Source of the DNA: Mycoplasmatota bacterium
Lineage (GTDB): Bacteria > Bacillota_I > Bacilli_A > MAG-NZ
NCBI GenBank assembly: GCA_018394315.1
Contig: CP074575.1
Location: 1,210,615-1,274,614, forward strand
Length of the DNA stretch: 64,000 bases
Direction of reading: 5' to 3'
The notes beneath the pieces are model-generated. The model was not told the DNA's origin and did not search any database. It was given only the letters and a program-made list of their open reading frames with translations. The translations under genes were made by a program, and so were the position numbers. Positions 1-10,103 of the stretch are shown here, in pieces (position 1 is the stretch's first letter; each line of letters opens with the position of its first letter).

Positions 1-1
1 T

Positions 2-355
2 TTCGAGTTACGTAGTCCAGATGCAACTGCAAATCCCTACTTAGCATATTCAGCTATTATGATGGCTGCATTTGATGGAATTATTAACAAGATTGATCCT
101 GTTAAAGAAGGCTTTGGACCATATGATTTCAATTTATACACTTTAACAGAAGAAGAACAAAAGAGCATTGATAGTTTACCAACTACACTTCTTGAGGCTG
201 CTAAAGCACTAGAAGATGATCATGAATTCTTACTTGCTGGAGGGGTGTTTACTGAAAATATCATCAAAAATCATATTACTAGAATTAAGAATGAGTTTTA
301 TTTAGTAAATAAATTGCCTCACCCAGTTGAATTTGAACTTTATTACAATTTATAA
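2..355 (+). CDS. glnA: Glutamine synthetase type I, C-terminal part (5' truncated by the window)
   Basis: Frame from nt 2 reads FELRSPDATANPYLA...NLY...PHPVEFELYYNL, the GS-I C-terminal signature. Confidence 0.93.
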   Translation, partial: FELRSPDATANPYLAYSAIMMAAFDGIINKIDPVKEGFGPYDFNLYTLTEEEQKSIDSLPTTLLEAAKALEDDHEFLLAGGVFTENIIKNHITRIKNEFYLVNKLPHPVEFELYYNL

Positions 356-362
356 ATATTTT

Positions 363-393
363 AGAGTATTCGAGTTTTTGAATGCTCTTTTTT
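363..393 (+). terminator. Rho-independent terminator after glnA
   Basis: AGAGTATTC...GAATGCTCT stem followed by a T-run. Confidence 0.75.
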
Positions 394-460
394 CTTGATT
401 AAACAATTTATTTATTATATCTTAATTTTTTGTGTGATATAATTTTTTAGAGGTGTTTGT

Positions 461-2407
461 ATGAGAGATGAATTGAAGTATTTAATAATGTTAAGTAAAA
501 ATTTTCCGACAATACAAAGTGCATATACGGAAATTATAAACTTGAATGCAATCTTGAACTTACCTAAGGGAACAGAGCATTTTATAACAGATTTGCATGG
601 TGCTTATGATGCGTTTTCTCATTTCGTTAAAAATGGTTCTGGTGTAATCTCGGCTAAGATAGATGATGTTTATGGTAATGATTTGAGTGGGCAAGATAAG
701 AGAAGATTAGCAATTTTAATTATATATCCTGAATTAATGATTGAAAAATATAATAATTTACTAAACTTAGAAGAGTTTAACAATTTTGTACGACAAAATC
801 TTGTACATTTAATTGATATTTGTAGACATGTATCAACTAAGTATACAAAAAGTAAAGTAAGAAAAGCTTTACCTAAAGAATTCGCTTATATAATAGAAGA
901 ATTATTATATGAATCATCAAAGGAGAATAAGCAGTATTACTATAAATCAATAATTAATAAGATGATAGAACTAGATAGGGGAGTTTATTTTATATATGCT
1001 CTTTCTAAGGTTATTCAAAGATTGACTATTGATCATTTACACATAGTTGGTGATATATTTGATAGAGGTCCGCATCCGGAAAAGATTATTGATTCATTGA
1101 TTGGGTATCACAAAGTAGATATTCAATGGGGAAACCATGATATTTTATGGATGGGAGCTGCATCTGGAAGTGAGTTATGTATTGCTAATGTTATAAGAGT
1201 CACAGCTCGCTATAATTATCTAAATGTACTAAACGATGGTTATGGAATAAACCTACTTCCTTTAGTTAAACTTGCTCAGAAGTATTATTTAAAAGATTAC
1301 AACAATTTCTACCCTAAGAGTGAAATTCAAAGTGACGATTTAGATTTAGTAGCTAAGATTCATAAGGCTATTAGCATTATTCAATTTAAACTAGAATATG
1401 ACGTTTTTAAACGAAATCCTGAATTTAAACTAGAATCAAGATTATTGCTTGATAAAATAAATTATGATGATTATACAATCAAAATTAATGGAGTAACTCA
1501 TAAGTTAAATTCTAAAGATTTTCCAACAATTAATCCTAATAAACCATTTGAATTGAACGAAGAAGAATTAGATGTAGTAAATAAACTTAAAATTGGATTT
1601 ATGAAAAATGAAAAGCTGAACAAACACACCAAATTCTTATTCAGTAATGGCTCAATGTATAAGATACACAATGGGAATTTCTTGATACATGGTTGTATTC
1701 CATTAGATGCAGATGGTAGTTTATCATTACTTAGAATTGATGGTAAAAACCATATGGGAAGATCATTGTTGGATAAGTTGGAAGAAAAGATCAAATCAGC
1801 ATATTTTGATAATTCTGCTGATCATCGTAATGATTATTTTGTTTATTTATGGCAAGGATTTGCATCTCCATTATTTGGAAAAAGCGAAATGAAAACTTTT
1901 GAAAGATATTTTATTGATGATGACTCAACATGGGTTGAGGAAAACAACTCATATTTCAACTTAAGAGAAGAGGAATATATTTTAGAAAATATATTTCAAG
2001 AATTCGACTTAGATTTTGATAAATCTAAGATAGTTAATGGACACATCCCAATAAAGACTTTAAGCGGTGAGTCGCCTATCAAAGCTAATGGGAAAATATA
2101 TTCCATTGATGGTGGTTTGTCAAAACCTATCTCTAAAAAAACCGGTATAGGCGGATATACTTTGAGGTATAATTCCTATGGCTTAGTACTTGTAGCCCAT
2201 CAAAGTTTCAGTTCAATTAAGGAAATAATCGATAAAGAAAATGATATCATTTCAAATGTTACATTTGTTGAGGATAGTACCCAAAGACAATATATAAAAG
2301 ATACTGACATAGGGATGAAAATAAAAAATCAAATCTTTGACCTGGAAAGATTAGTGAAACAATATAAGTTAGGAAATATTATTGAAAGAGATTATGAAAA
2401 ATCATAG
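461..2407 (+). CDS. fbp: Fructose-1,6-bisphosphatase class III (Firmicute type)
   Basis: LNLPKGTEHFITDLHG, DHLHIVGDIFDRGP, DIQWGNHD and IDGG motifs; 648 aa; RBS GAGGTG. Confidence 0.95.
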   Translation: MRDELKYLIMLSKNFPTIQSAYTEIINLNAILNLPKGTEHFITDLHGAYDAFSHFVKNGSGVISAKIDDVYGNDLSGQDKRRLAILIIYPELMIEKYNNLLNLEEFNNFVRQNLVHLIDICRHVSTKYTKSKVRKALPKEFAYIIEELLYESSKENKQYYYKSIINKMIELDRGVYFIYALSKVIQRLTIDHLHIVGDIFDRGPHPEKIIDSLIGYHKVDIQWGNHDILWMGAASGSELCIANVIRVTARYNYLNVLNDGYGINLLPLVKLAQKYYLKDYNNFYPKSEIQSDDLDLVAKIHKAISIIQFKLEYDVFKRNPEFKLESRLLLDKINYDDYTIKINGVTHKLNSKDFPTINPNKPFELNEEELDVVNKLKIGFMKNEKLNKHTKFLFSNGSMYKIHNGNFLIHGCIPLDADGSLSLLRIDGKNHMGRSLLDKLEEKIKSAYFDNSADHRNDYFVYLWQGFASPLFGKSEMKTFERYFIDDDSTWVEENNSYFNLREEEYILENIFQEFDLDFDKSKIVNGHIPIKTLSGESPIKANGKIYSIDGGLSKPISKKTGIGGYTLRYNSYGLVLVAHQSFSSIKEIIDKENDIISNVTFVEDSTQRQYIKDTDIGMKIKNQIFDLERLVKQYKLGNIIERDYEKS

Positions 2408-2429
2408 TCTCTTTTAAATTATATTTATG

Positions 2430-3587
2430 TTATTTAAATGATCTTACAAGATCCATATCTTTATCACCCCTACCAGAGATGCTTATGATAACAACATCAG
2501 TCTCTTTAAGACCAGGAACTATTTTTAAAGCATGGGCTACTGCGTGAGAGCTCTCAATGGCAGGAATAATTCCCTCGGTTTTTGATAAGTATTTAAAAGC
2601 ATTTATTGCCTCTTTATCTGTCACAGAAACATATTCAGCAAGCTCTATTTCCTTTAAATATGCATGTTCAGGTCCAACTCCAGGATAATCTAGTCCTGCA
2701 GATATTGAATACACTGGAGAAACTTCTCCCTTAGAATCTTGCACATAAATAGTGTTCATTCCATGAATTATCCCTTTTTTCCCCATTGCCATTGTCGCCG
2801 CATGTAAATCAGTGTCTAACCCTTTACCTGCTCCTTCAACACCTATTAGCTTTACTCCCTTATTTAGTAGAGGGTAGAATAGACCAATTGCATTAGAGCC
2901 GCCTCCTACACAAGCAATTGCATAATCTACTTTATCTTCTACCTCTAGTATCTGTTTATGTGTTTCTTGACCAATTACTTTTTGAAATTCCCTAACCATT
3001 GTTGGGTATGGATGGGGACCTACAGCAGATCCAAGAAGATAGAAAGTATCATCAATTCTTTTTACCCACTCACCTATTGCATAATCCACCGCATCGCTTA
3101 GTGTTTTGGTACCAGTTTTAACAGCGGTTACTTTAGCACCTAGCATTTCCATTTTGTACACATTCAATTCTTGTCTCTCAATATCTTCTTGCCCCATAAA
3201 GATTTCGCATTCCATACCAAACATTGCTGCTGCGGTTGCGGTAGCAACACCGTGTTGACCTGCACCGGTTTCTGCTATAATCTTATTTTTACCCATTCGT
3301 AAGGCTATCAAAATCTGACCTATACAATTATTTATTTTATGTGCCCCTGTATGATTGAGATCTTCTCTTTTTAGATATACTTTTGCGCCCTTCAAGTCTT
3401 CGGTCATATTTTTAGCAAAGTATAGACTACTAGGTCTACCCACATAGTTTTTTAGATAGTATTTATACTTAGAAATGAACAAAGGGTCCTCTATTGCTTC
3501 TACAAAATATTTTTCTAATTGATTTAATGCATTTACAACTACTTCCGGGACATATTGTCCTCCAAAATTACCAAATTGATGTTTCAT
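2430..3587 (-). CDS. trpB: Tryptophan synthase beta chain (TrpB1 type), stand-alone
   Basis: [18 protein letters not shown]-lysine motif, [21 protein letters not shown]; start moved to ATG 3587 behind RBS AAGGAGG. Confidence 0.96.
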   Translation of the reverse strand: MKHQFGNFGGQYVPEVVVNALNQLEKYFVEAIEDPLFISKYKYYLKNYVGRPSSLYFAKNMTEDLKGAKVYLKREDLNHTGAHKINNCIGQILIALRMGKNKIIAETGAGQHGVATATAAAMFGMECEIFMGQEDIERQELNVYKMEMLGAKVTAVKTGTKTLSDAVDYAIGEWVKRIDDTFYLLGSAVGPHPYPTMVREFQKVIGQETHKQILEVEDKVDYAIACVGGGSNAIGLFYPLLNKGVKLIGVEGAGKGLDTDLHAATMAMGKKGIIHGMNTIYVQDSKGEVSPVYSISAGLDYPGVGPEHAYLKEIELAEYVSVTDKEAINAFKYLSKTEGIIPAIESSHAVAHALKIVPGLKETDVVIISISGRGDKDMDLVRSFK

Positions 3588-3599
3588 AATATCCTCCTT

Positions 3600-3845
3600 A
3601 TAAATAAAAAATCCCCTTGCTTTACGCAAGAGGACGAATATATCCGTGGTGCCACCTCATTTTAATAAACAAAAAAGTTTATACTTCAGGTACTACATAC
3701 CCTATCTCTATAACGGGAGCTCCCGTGGTTGACTACTTGTCGCCAACCCTCTCAAGAATCCATTCAATAAACATATTTTGCTAGTTCACACCAACCACTA
3801 ACTCTCTTAAAAAATACTATTTATTTACTACTTTCTATCAACGAT
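3600..3845 (-). promoter_or_regulatory. T-box riboswitch, Trp specifier (UGG)
   Basis: Minus strand has an AGAGAG...GGTGTGAA stem I, GAA-TGG-A specifier at 3760-3762, T-box GAGGTGGCACCACG, and a terminator hairpin with U-run before the trpB RBS. Confidence 0.93.
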
Positions 3846-4045
3846 TTTAATTATTATAACAATTTTTGCTTTTTTGTCAAATAAAAGCTTAAAAAAGTAG
3901 ATAATGTATGGAAAAAATATTATTTATTGAAATAAATTTAAATAAGTGCAAAATAATAATATATATGATATAGTTGATGTCTAAAGCTAACGAATTTTAA
4001 TTCTCAATACTTGGAATTAAACTGTTAGTATAAAAGGAGAATAAA

Positions 4046-5467
4046 ATGAAGTTTACCGATTTAAATTTAAGTAAAGAAATAAAGAAAGCGATAGATGACT
4101 TAGGATATTCTATCCCAACAGATATACAAAAGAATGCTATACCAGTACTACTAGAAGGATTTGATTGTCTGGGACAGGCCCAAACTGGTACTGGTAAAAC
4201 TGCAGCATTTGGAATTCCAATTATCGAAAAGTGTTCTCAAAAAAACGCTGGTGTCGAAGCACTTATTATGGCTCCAACGCGTGAATTGGTTGTACAGATA
4301 GTAGACGCTTTAAGAGATTTTAGTTCTTATAAGAAACTGAGAATTGCTACTATAATAGGTGGAGTTGCTTACTCAAGACAATTGGCTATGTTAAAGAATA
4401 ATCCGAACATCATAGTAGCTACTCCAGGTAGAATTATTGATCATTTAGAAAATAAAAAGATTAATTTAAATAGTTTAAAAATGTTTTGTATCGATGAGGC
4501 AGATGAAATGTTGAAAGTTGGTTTCAAAGAAGAAATTGATAAGATAATTTCTTATTTGCCAAAGAAAAAACAATCAATGCTGTTTAGTGCAACTTTAGAT
4601 AAGGATGTAAGGAAAATAGCTGAAAAAGCAATGAACTCGCCCAAAGAGATATTAGTGAGTAGTGGTTTGGCTACAGTAGAAACAGTTGAACAATTTGCAG
4701 TTATAGTTGATGAGAAAGATAAACTTAAAATTTTAACAAATATTTTAGATATTAAGTCAGGAGAAAAAAGTTTAGTATTTGGTAGAACGAAAAAGAGAGC
4801 CGATGAATTGGCAACTGCATTAAATTCATTAGGATATAGTTCTAGAGCATTGCATGGTGATTTGAATCAAAGACAGAGACTACATGTTGTAAACGAATTT
4901 AGGATGGGGGGATTTGATATTCTCGTAGCTACTGATGTTGCAGCAAGAGGTATTGATATTAGTGGAATCAAGTATGTGTATAATTTTGATTTACCACAAG
5001 AAGTTGAATACTATGTCCACCGAATAGGTAGAACTGGTCGAGCTAATGAAAAAGGAGTAAGTTTTTCATTTATAAAGCAAAATGAAATGCCTCACTTAAA
5101 GAGAATTGAAAAGGAGACAAATACGAAAATCAAACTAGTACTGCCACCAACTAGAGAAGAACTGCACATCTCGCAACAATCTGTAGCGATTGATAAAATA
5201 GTTGATGGAGTAGACTTAGGAATGAAAAGATTAAAGCGTCATATTGGAGTTGCCAAAAAATTAATTGAAAAGTATGGTGGAGAAGTGGCTCTTGCAGCCG
5301 CCGTTGAAGTACTAATAGATAGAAAATCAATAGAGCTTCCAGAATTAAGTAAAGAACCATCTGTTAAAATTAAAAGCAATAATTCAAGGTCAAACCGTGG
5401 TGGTTCTAGAAAAAGAAAAGTAAATGATAGATCTTATTATAAGAGAAAACCTAGCAGAAGAAATTGA
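4046..5467 (+). CDS. cshA: DEAD-box RNA helicase (CshA/DeaD-like)
   Basis: AQTGTGKT, PTREL, TPGR, DEAD, SAT and HRIGRTGR motifs; basic C-tail. Confidence 0.88.
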   Translation: MKFTDLNLSKEIKKAIDDLGYSIPTDIQKNAIPVLLEGFDCLGQAQTGTGKTAAFGIPIIEKCSQKNAGVEALIMAPTRELVVQIVDALRDFSSYKKLRIATIIGGVAYSRQLAMLKNNPNIIVATPGRIIDHLENKKINLNSLKMFCIDEADEMLKVGFKEEIDKIISYLPKKKQSMLFSATLDKDVRKIAEKAMNSPKEILVSSGLATVETVEQFAVIVDEKDKLKILTNILDIKSGEKSLVFGRTKKRADELATALNSLGYSSRALHGDLNQRQRLHVVNEFRMGGFDILVATDVAARGIDISGIKYVYNFDLPQEVEYYVHRIGRTGRANEKGVSFSFIKQNEMPHLKRIEKETNTKIKLVLPPTREELHISQQSVAIDKIVDGVDLGMKRLKRHIGVAKKLIEKYGGEVALAAAVEVLIDRKSIELPELSKEPSVKIKSNNSRSNRGGSRKRKVNDRSYYKRKPSRRN

Positions 5468-5505
5468 TGATTTTCTAGACTCTAAATAGATGAAAGGAAA
5501 ATATA

Positions 5506-6000
5506 ATGAGTAAAATTCTTATACTGTATTATTCGTTTGAGGGAAGTACAAGAGAAATTGCTGAATCCATTTCAAAGGTATTAAAATCTGATCTAATGGA
5601 AGTGAAACCAGTTGAGGAATTAAAATCAAAGGGATTTTCGAAATTTATTTGGGGTGGTTATCAAGTAGTGACAGGGAAAAAGCCTGAACTTATTCCATTA
5701 AGTAAAAATCTTGATGATTACGATACAGTTTTCATCGGTACACCTATATGGGCTGGAACTTATGCTCCTCCGATTAAATCACTAATAGAAGATTACATTG
5801 AAGGTAAAAAAGTTGCATATTTCTATTGTCATGAAGGTGGTCATAAGAAAGCAATCGAAAAAGCAAAACAAGCAATCGAAAAAAAGAATGCTTTCATCGG
5901 GGCAAAAGGATTCATGAATCCAAAAAAGAATTTAGAATTATCTTCAGAAGAAGCTAAAAATTGGGCTAAACTAGTTTTAACAAAGACTATAGATTTATAG
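5506..6000 (+). CDS. Flavodoxin-like protein
   Basis: ILYYSFEGST FMN loop; YDTVFIGTPIWAG. Confidence 0.85.
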   Translation: MSKILILYYSFEGSTREIAESISKVLKSDLMEVKPVEELKSKGFSKFIWGGYQVVTGKKPELIPLSKNLDDYDTVFIGTPIWAGTYAPPIKSLIEDYIEGKKVAYFYCHEGGHKKAIEKAKQAIEKKNAFIGAKGFMNPKKNLELSSEEAKNWAKLVLTKTIDL

Positions 6001-6121
6001 TCTTTTTCTTTTATATCTTTGTTATGTAATAATTAAGTTAAGAGTTAAGTTTAACAACTATGATATAATTATTATAGTATGTAAAGAGGGGGAAAATAAA
6101 ATTATATTTTATTAAAATAGT

Positions 6122-7273
6122 ATGAAAAATTTTCTAGATAAGATAACAGACTTTGTTTTGACCATATTAAAGCCTTTTCTAAGATTAGCCGTTAGACTTA
6201 CTTTTGACATTGAGACATCAGGATATAAAATAAATAAGAAGAGAGAGCCATTCATTTTAATAGGAAACCATGTAACAACTTGGGATGCATTTATTGTTTC
6301 ATATGATATTAATTATCCAATACGTTTTCTAGCAACCGAGATTTCCTTTTTGGATTTTGGTAAAAGAATTACTATGGGATGGTTAGCAAGGACAATAAAA
6401 AAAAGAGTTGGTAAATCAGATACTTTGGCAATGAGACAGATGCTCAGCTATATAGAGAAAGGATATGCAATAGGTTTTTTTCCAGAAGGTGACGACACTT
6501 TTGATGGTGAAACATTAGATATTTACTCTAATACTGGTCGATTTCTAAAACTATGCAATCTAGATATTATACTAGTTAAGTCTAAAGGAACCCATTTGCA
6601 TAATCCTAGATGGGCTGATAACCACGCTAAAAGAAAAAAAATCTTTACGGAAACTGAAATATTACTAACTAAAGAAGACTTAAAGAGTTTATCAGCAGAA
6701 GAAGTTAAACTTAAAGTTGAAAAAGCAATTTATCATAATGATTACGAATGGCAAAGACAGAATATGATTAATTACGCTAGAAAAAATAAAGCAGAGGGTA
6801 TTGAAAGACTTATTTATTATTGTAATAAATGTGGTAGTGTTCTATCCGTTTTCGGGAATGGTAGTAATATCGAATGTAGAAAATGTGGTGTGATAGGTAG
6901 AATAAATGATTATGGATTTATAGAAGATAATAAATTTGACAACTTAGTTGATTATAATAAGGATCAATATAAACACATTGAAGAAGTAATAAAAAGTGAA
7001 TTTTCTTTCGACATTACATTAAACATTATTGATTTTAAAAAAGTTAAAAATATTAAGCAGGGTAAATATAAATTAAAGTATAAAGATAAAGAGTTATTAT
7101 TATATGGAGAAAAAGATTTTATTTTTAAATTTGAGAATATCAAGTATCCAACTAAAACAATGAAGAATAGTTTCTCTTTTGATTATGATGAGATTTCATA
7201 TAACATTACAGATTGTAGACACATAAATGTATTATACGAAATTAACAGATATCTTAATGGTAGTTATAAATAA
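6122..7273 (+). CDS. Lysophospholipid acyltransferase (PlsC-like) with C-terminal CxxC...CxxC domain
   Basis: NHVTTWD (HX4D) and FPEG motifs; CNKC...CRKC. Confidence 0.85.
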   Translation: MKNFLDKITDFVLTILKPFLRLAVRLTFDIETSGYKINKKREPFILIGNHVTTWDAFIVSYDINYPIRFLATEISFLDFGKRITMGWLARTIKKRVGKSDTLAMRQMLSYIEKGYAIGFFPEGDDTFDGETLDIYSNTGRFLKLCNLDIILVKSKGTHLHNPRWADNHAKRKKIFTETEILLTKEDLKSLSAEEVKLKVEKAIYHNDYEWQRQNMINYARKNKAEGIERLIYYCNKCGSVLSVFGNGSNIECRKCGVIGRINDYGFIEDNKFDNLVDYNKDQYKHIEEVIKSEFSFDITLNIIDFKKVKNIKQGKYKLKYKDKELLLYGEKDFIFKFENIKYPTKTMKNSFSFDYDEISYNITDCRHINVLYEINRYLNGSYK

Positions 7274-7328
7274 GATTAATAGAAAAAACTCTCTTTTAAG
7301 AGCTTAAACTTAATAGAAATAAACATTA

Positions 7329-8339
7329 CTAAGTTTTATTTTTAAAATATTCTTTTGTTGCATTATATCCTTGCTGATATAAGAACTTATATTTTTCATC
7401 ATTTAGGGAAATATCAAAGTCAGTAGATGAGACTTCTTTTGTATCGATTTGAATTGATCTAAGTACATCTACCAGATTGTTTTTATATAAGTCTTGTTGA
7501 ACTTTCATTAATGATTTAACGAGATTTTCTATATAGTCAAGAATGTTAGTAATCTCTTCATAAACATATTTGCTTTTGAACCTTATACCAAGTGTTTGCA
7601 TATTTACACCATCAATAATAATGTCATTAAATATTCTTGAATCAAACATATTTATAGGATACATTGTCATTACTCCACCATCTGAGAATATATGCGTTTG
7701 TTCTTCATTGTCAATTGTCTTATTAATCCTTATCGATTCGAAAAAAAGTGGAATTGACATAGAAATTCTAACAGCTTCAGCTACTTCCATATCTGGTGTT
7801 GTTTCATATGAGAAAATTCTTGAAGAATTAGTTGATATATCAGTTCCAGTAATATATAAGTCTAGAAATTTTCTTTCATCTTTATGTATGCTTTTATTTT
7901 TGAAGTCTCTAAATGTATATGGTGGCTGTTTTTTATTAGGGTCAAATTGTATTTCAATCTGCTCTTTTATCCAATCATAGAAATATTCACTAGAATACCA
8001 TCCAAAATCTTTTGTTAGTCTATAAATACCATCGATGTCCCCAATTATTCTTTCTAGTTCGTTTTTAAGTACTGATGGTATCTTTTTTAGATTTTTATGT
8101 GTATTAGTTCCAGGGAATTTTCTGTAATCTAGTGAATCAGCAATATTTTTCATTTCTTTAAATGGTAAAGCGAAACTAACTATGCACGCAGTAATTGCAC
8201 CAGCAGATGTGCCTGCTACTCTCTTTACACTTTGAAGTAATCCGTTACTATATAAATAGTCTAGAACCCCTAAATATGCAATTCCGAGTACTCCTCCACC
8301 TGAAAATGCTAAATTCTTGATGCCGTAGTAATAATTCAT
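7329..8339 (-). CDS. Patatin-like phospholipase
   Basis: GGGVLG oxyanion motif, GTSAG nucleophile, DGG; start at ATG 8339 behind GAGGTG. Confidence 0.92.
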   Translation of the reverse strand: MNYYYGIKNLAFSGGGVLGIAYLGVLDYLYSNGLLQSVKRVAGTSAGAITACIVSFALPFKEMKNIADSLDYRKFPGTNTHKNLKKIPSVLKNELERIIGDIDGIYRLTKDFGWYSSEYFYDWIKEQIEIQFDPNKKQPPYTFRDFKNKSIHKDERKFLDLYITGTDISTNSSRIFSYETTPDMEVAEAVRISMSIPLFFESIRINKTIDNEEQTHIFSDGGVMTMYPINMFDSRIFNDIIIDGVNMQTLGIRFKSKYVYEEITNILDYIENLVKSLMKVQQDLYKNNLVDVLRSIQIDTKEVSSTDFDISLNDEKYKFLYQQGYNATKEYFKNKT

Positions 8340-8548
8340 AACACACCTCGACTTTAAAGTCATTTAATGAATGCCTTTAAATGGTTTACTACATTATACG
8401 AAAATTGTTTGCTTATATGATTTTTATAATCATACTGTTAATAAAATTTTGAAGTACTCCAATGATTATATGATTGAATTAAAAGAGTTATAAATAAATA
8501 GATTTTTAAGAAAGGAAAAATGATGGGTTGTCCATCTAAAAATTAAAA

Positions 8549-9586
8549 ATGGAAGTTAATAAAATTGTGTCTGCTCCTAAGAAACCGGTTGAGGATGGTA
8601 AATTTATTTTTGGAATTTATAACACCCCTTTTGAGGAAGTGAATATGCTTGATGCAAAAAAAATATGGAAGTTCCCTGTACCTAAATTTATTAAGCAGTT
8701 GAGACTTGCAGAATGGGAAGCCTTTCAGTTGTGGGATGGACACTTTTTCATAATGTGTGTTGTAGGAGTGAGTCATATCGCGAGAAACGCAATTACAGAA
8801 ATTTTTGTATATGATAATAATAAAGAAACAATTATATTTAAAGATTTTGGACTTCACAAGAAGTCACTGCTTAAAAGAGAAAACGCACTAATATCATCTG
8901 AAGTTAACCTTAAAACAGATAAAGTGGACTATAGAATAATAAACGACTTAGGAAATTCTAATACTATATCTGTGGAAGTAAAATGTGAAGATTTCGAAAT
9001 TTACTTTACTGGTAATCACCAGACTGCAATACCACTTTGTTATTGTATGCCGTTTGCAAAAAATAGAGGTCTATATTCTCATAAAAACTATGTAGAGGCA
9101 AGTGGTTATATGAAAATTGGGGATGAAATGATAAATTTCACTAAAGATGCAAGGATGAATATCGATGATCATAAAGGATATTATCCGTTTAGAAACTCAT
9201 ATGATTGGGTGACAACAAGTACAAAAATTGATGACGATTTCATTGGACTAAATCTTACCAAAAATCAAATTTTAAACCCTGAAAAAAACAATGAAAATGT
9301 AATATGGGTTAACGGAAAAACCGGTAAGAAGTTGAAAATTGATAAAATGGGTTAAGAAGTTGAAAAATTTAAATGGAAGATTAAGGATAAAATGGGACTG
9401 ATTGATTTATCATTTTATCCTACAAAGCATGATATTGGTTTTTATGTAAAAAAGTTATTTGGCTTTTTTATTATTAATTATTATACACCTATTGGTCACT
9501 TATCTGGGACAGTAGAAGTGTCCGGTAAGAAGTTGAAATTTGATAATGCAATCGCTGTAGGTGAAAGAAGAATTGGAAGAATTTAG
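8549..9586 (+). pseudogene. DUF2804-family protein interrupted by an in-frame TAA at 9353-9355 (real pseudogene or consensus error)
   Basis: ORFs 8549-9355 and 9392-9586 share a frame; RLAEWEAFQ, YSHK, DDHKGYYP, YDW, GLNLTKNQ and NENVIWVNG motifs continue into IDLSFYP...GHLSG. Confidence 0.7.
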
Positions 9587-9665
9587 TTATATAGTTACTT
9601 ATTACTCAATAATATATCTAAAAGATAATTACTTTTAGATTTTTTTTGTAATTAGTATTAAAAAA

Positions 9666-9694
9666 GTATATTGAGTTAAAATTCACTCAAACTA
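9666..9694 (+). promoter_or_regulatory. Putative forespore sigmaG promoter
   Basis: GTATA-17 nt-CAAACTA, matching the sigmaG consensus GHATA-N17/18-CAWAHTA, upstream of RBS AAGGAGG. Confidence 0.6.
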
Positions 9695-9723
9695 TACTAG
9701 ACTAAATTTTAAGGAGGAATTAA

Positions 9724-9966
9724 ATGAACCATAATAAAGACTCGAAAAACAAAAATAAGGCAGGTAAGAGACAATCACCAATTGGTAACAGAATTCAAAA
9801 TCAAAACAATAGGAATGAAGATTTTCTTCAAGAAGAGTTCGCTGAAGAAATGGTAGAACAACAAAGCGAGACATCTCAAGAAAAAGCAAACCTAATTGGT
9901 AGAAATGAGAGAACAGGTAATATAAATTCTTACGAAAGAAATGAGAAAAATAGACAAAAGCGTTAA
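9724..9966 (+). CDS. Small N/Q/E/K-rich hydrophilic protein, gamma-SASP/YfhD-like spore protein candidate
   Basis: 80 aa, no hydrophobic core, EEFAEE resembling the GPR site EFASE; strong RBS; own terminator. Confidence 0.5.
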   Translation: MNHNKDSKNKNKAGKRQSPIGNRIQNQNNRNEDFLQEEFAEEMVEQQSETSQEKANLIGRNERTGNINSYERNEKNRQKR

Positions 9967-9974
9967 CTAATATC

Positions 9975-10004
9975 AGTACTGTGAATAATTCACAGTACTT
10001 TTTT
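9975..10004 (+). terminator. Rho-independent terminator
   Basis: AGTACTGTGAA/TTCACAGTACT perfect stem plus T-run. Confidence 0.85.
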
Positions 10005-10103
10005 AAAATGAAAAATTAGAAAATAATACTATAAGTAATCACAAATAATATTTGAAAAATTGTAGAAAATATAAAGTACGAAAATGAATATTGGAATGAT
10101 GAT

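Noticed and set aside
7329..8339. Patatin as a CBASS/anti-phage effector
   Set aside because: No cyclase or other defence gene is adjacent; it is a stand-alone lipase among metabolic genes.
9321..9546. Repeat pair as a diversity-generating retroelement TR/VR
   Set aside because: Only 25 nt with one mismatch, and no reverse transcriptase in the window.
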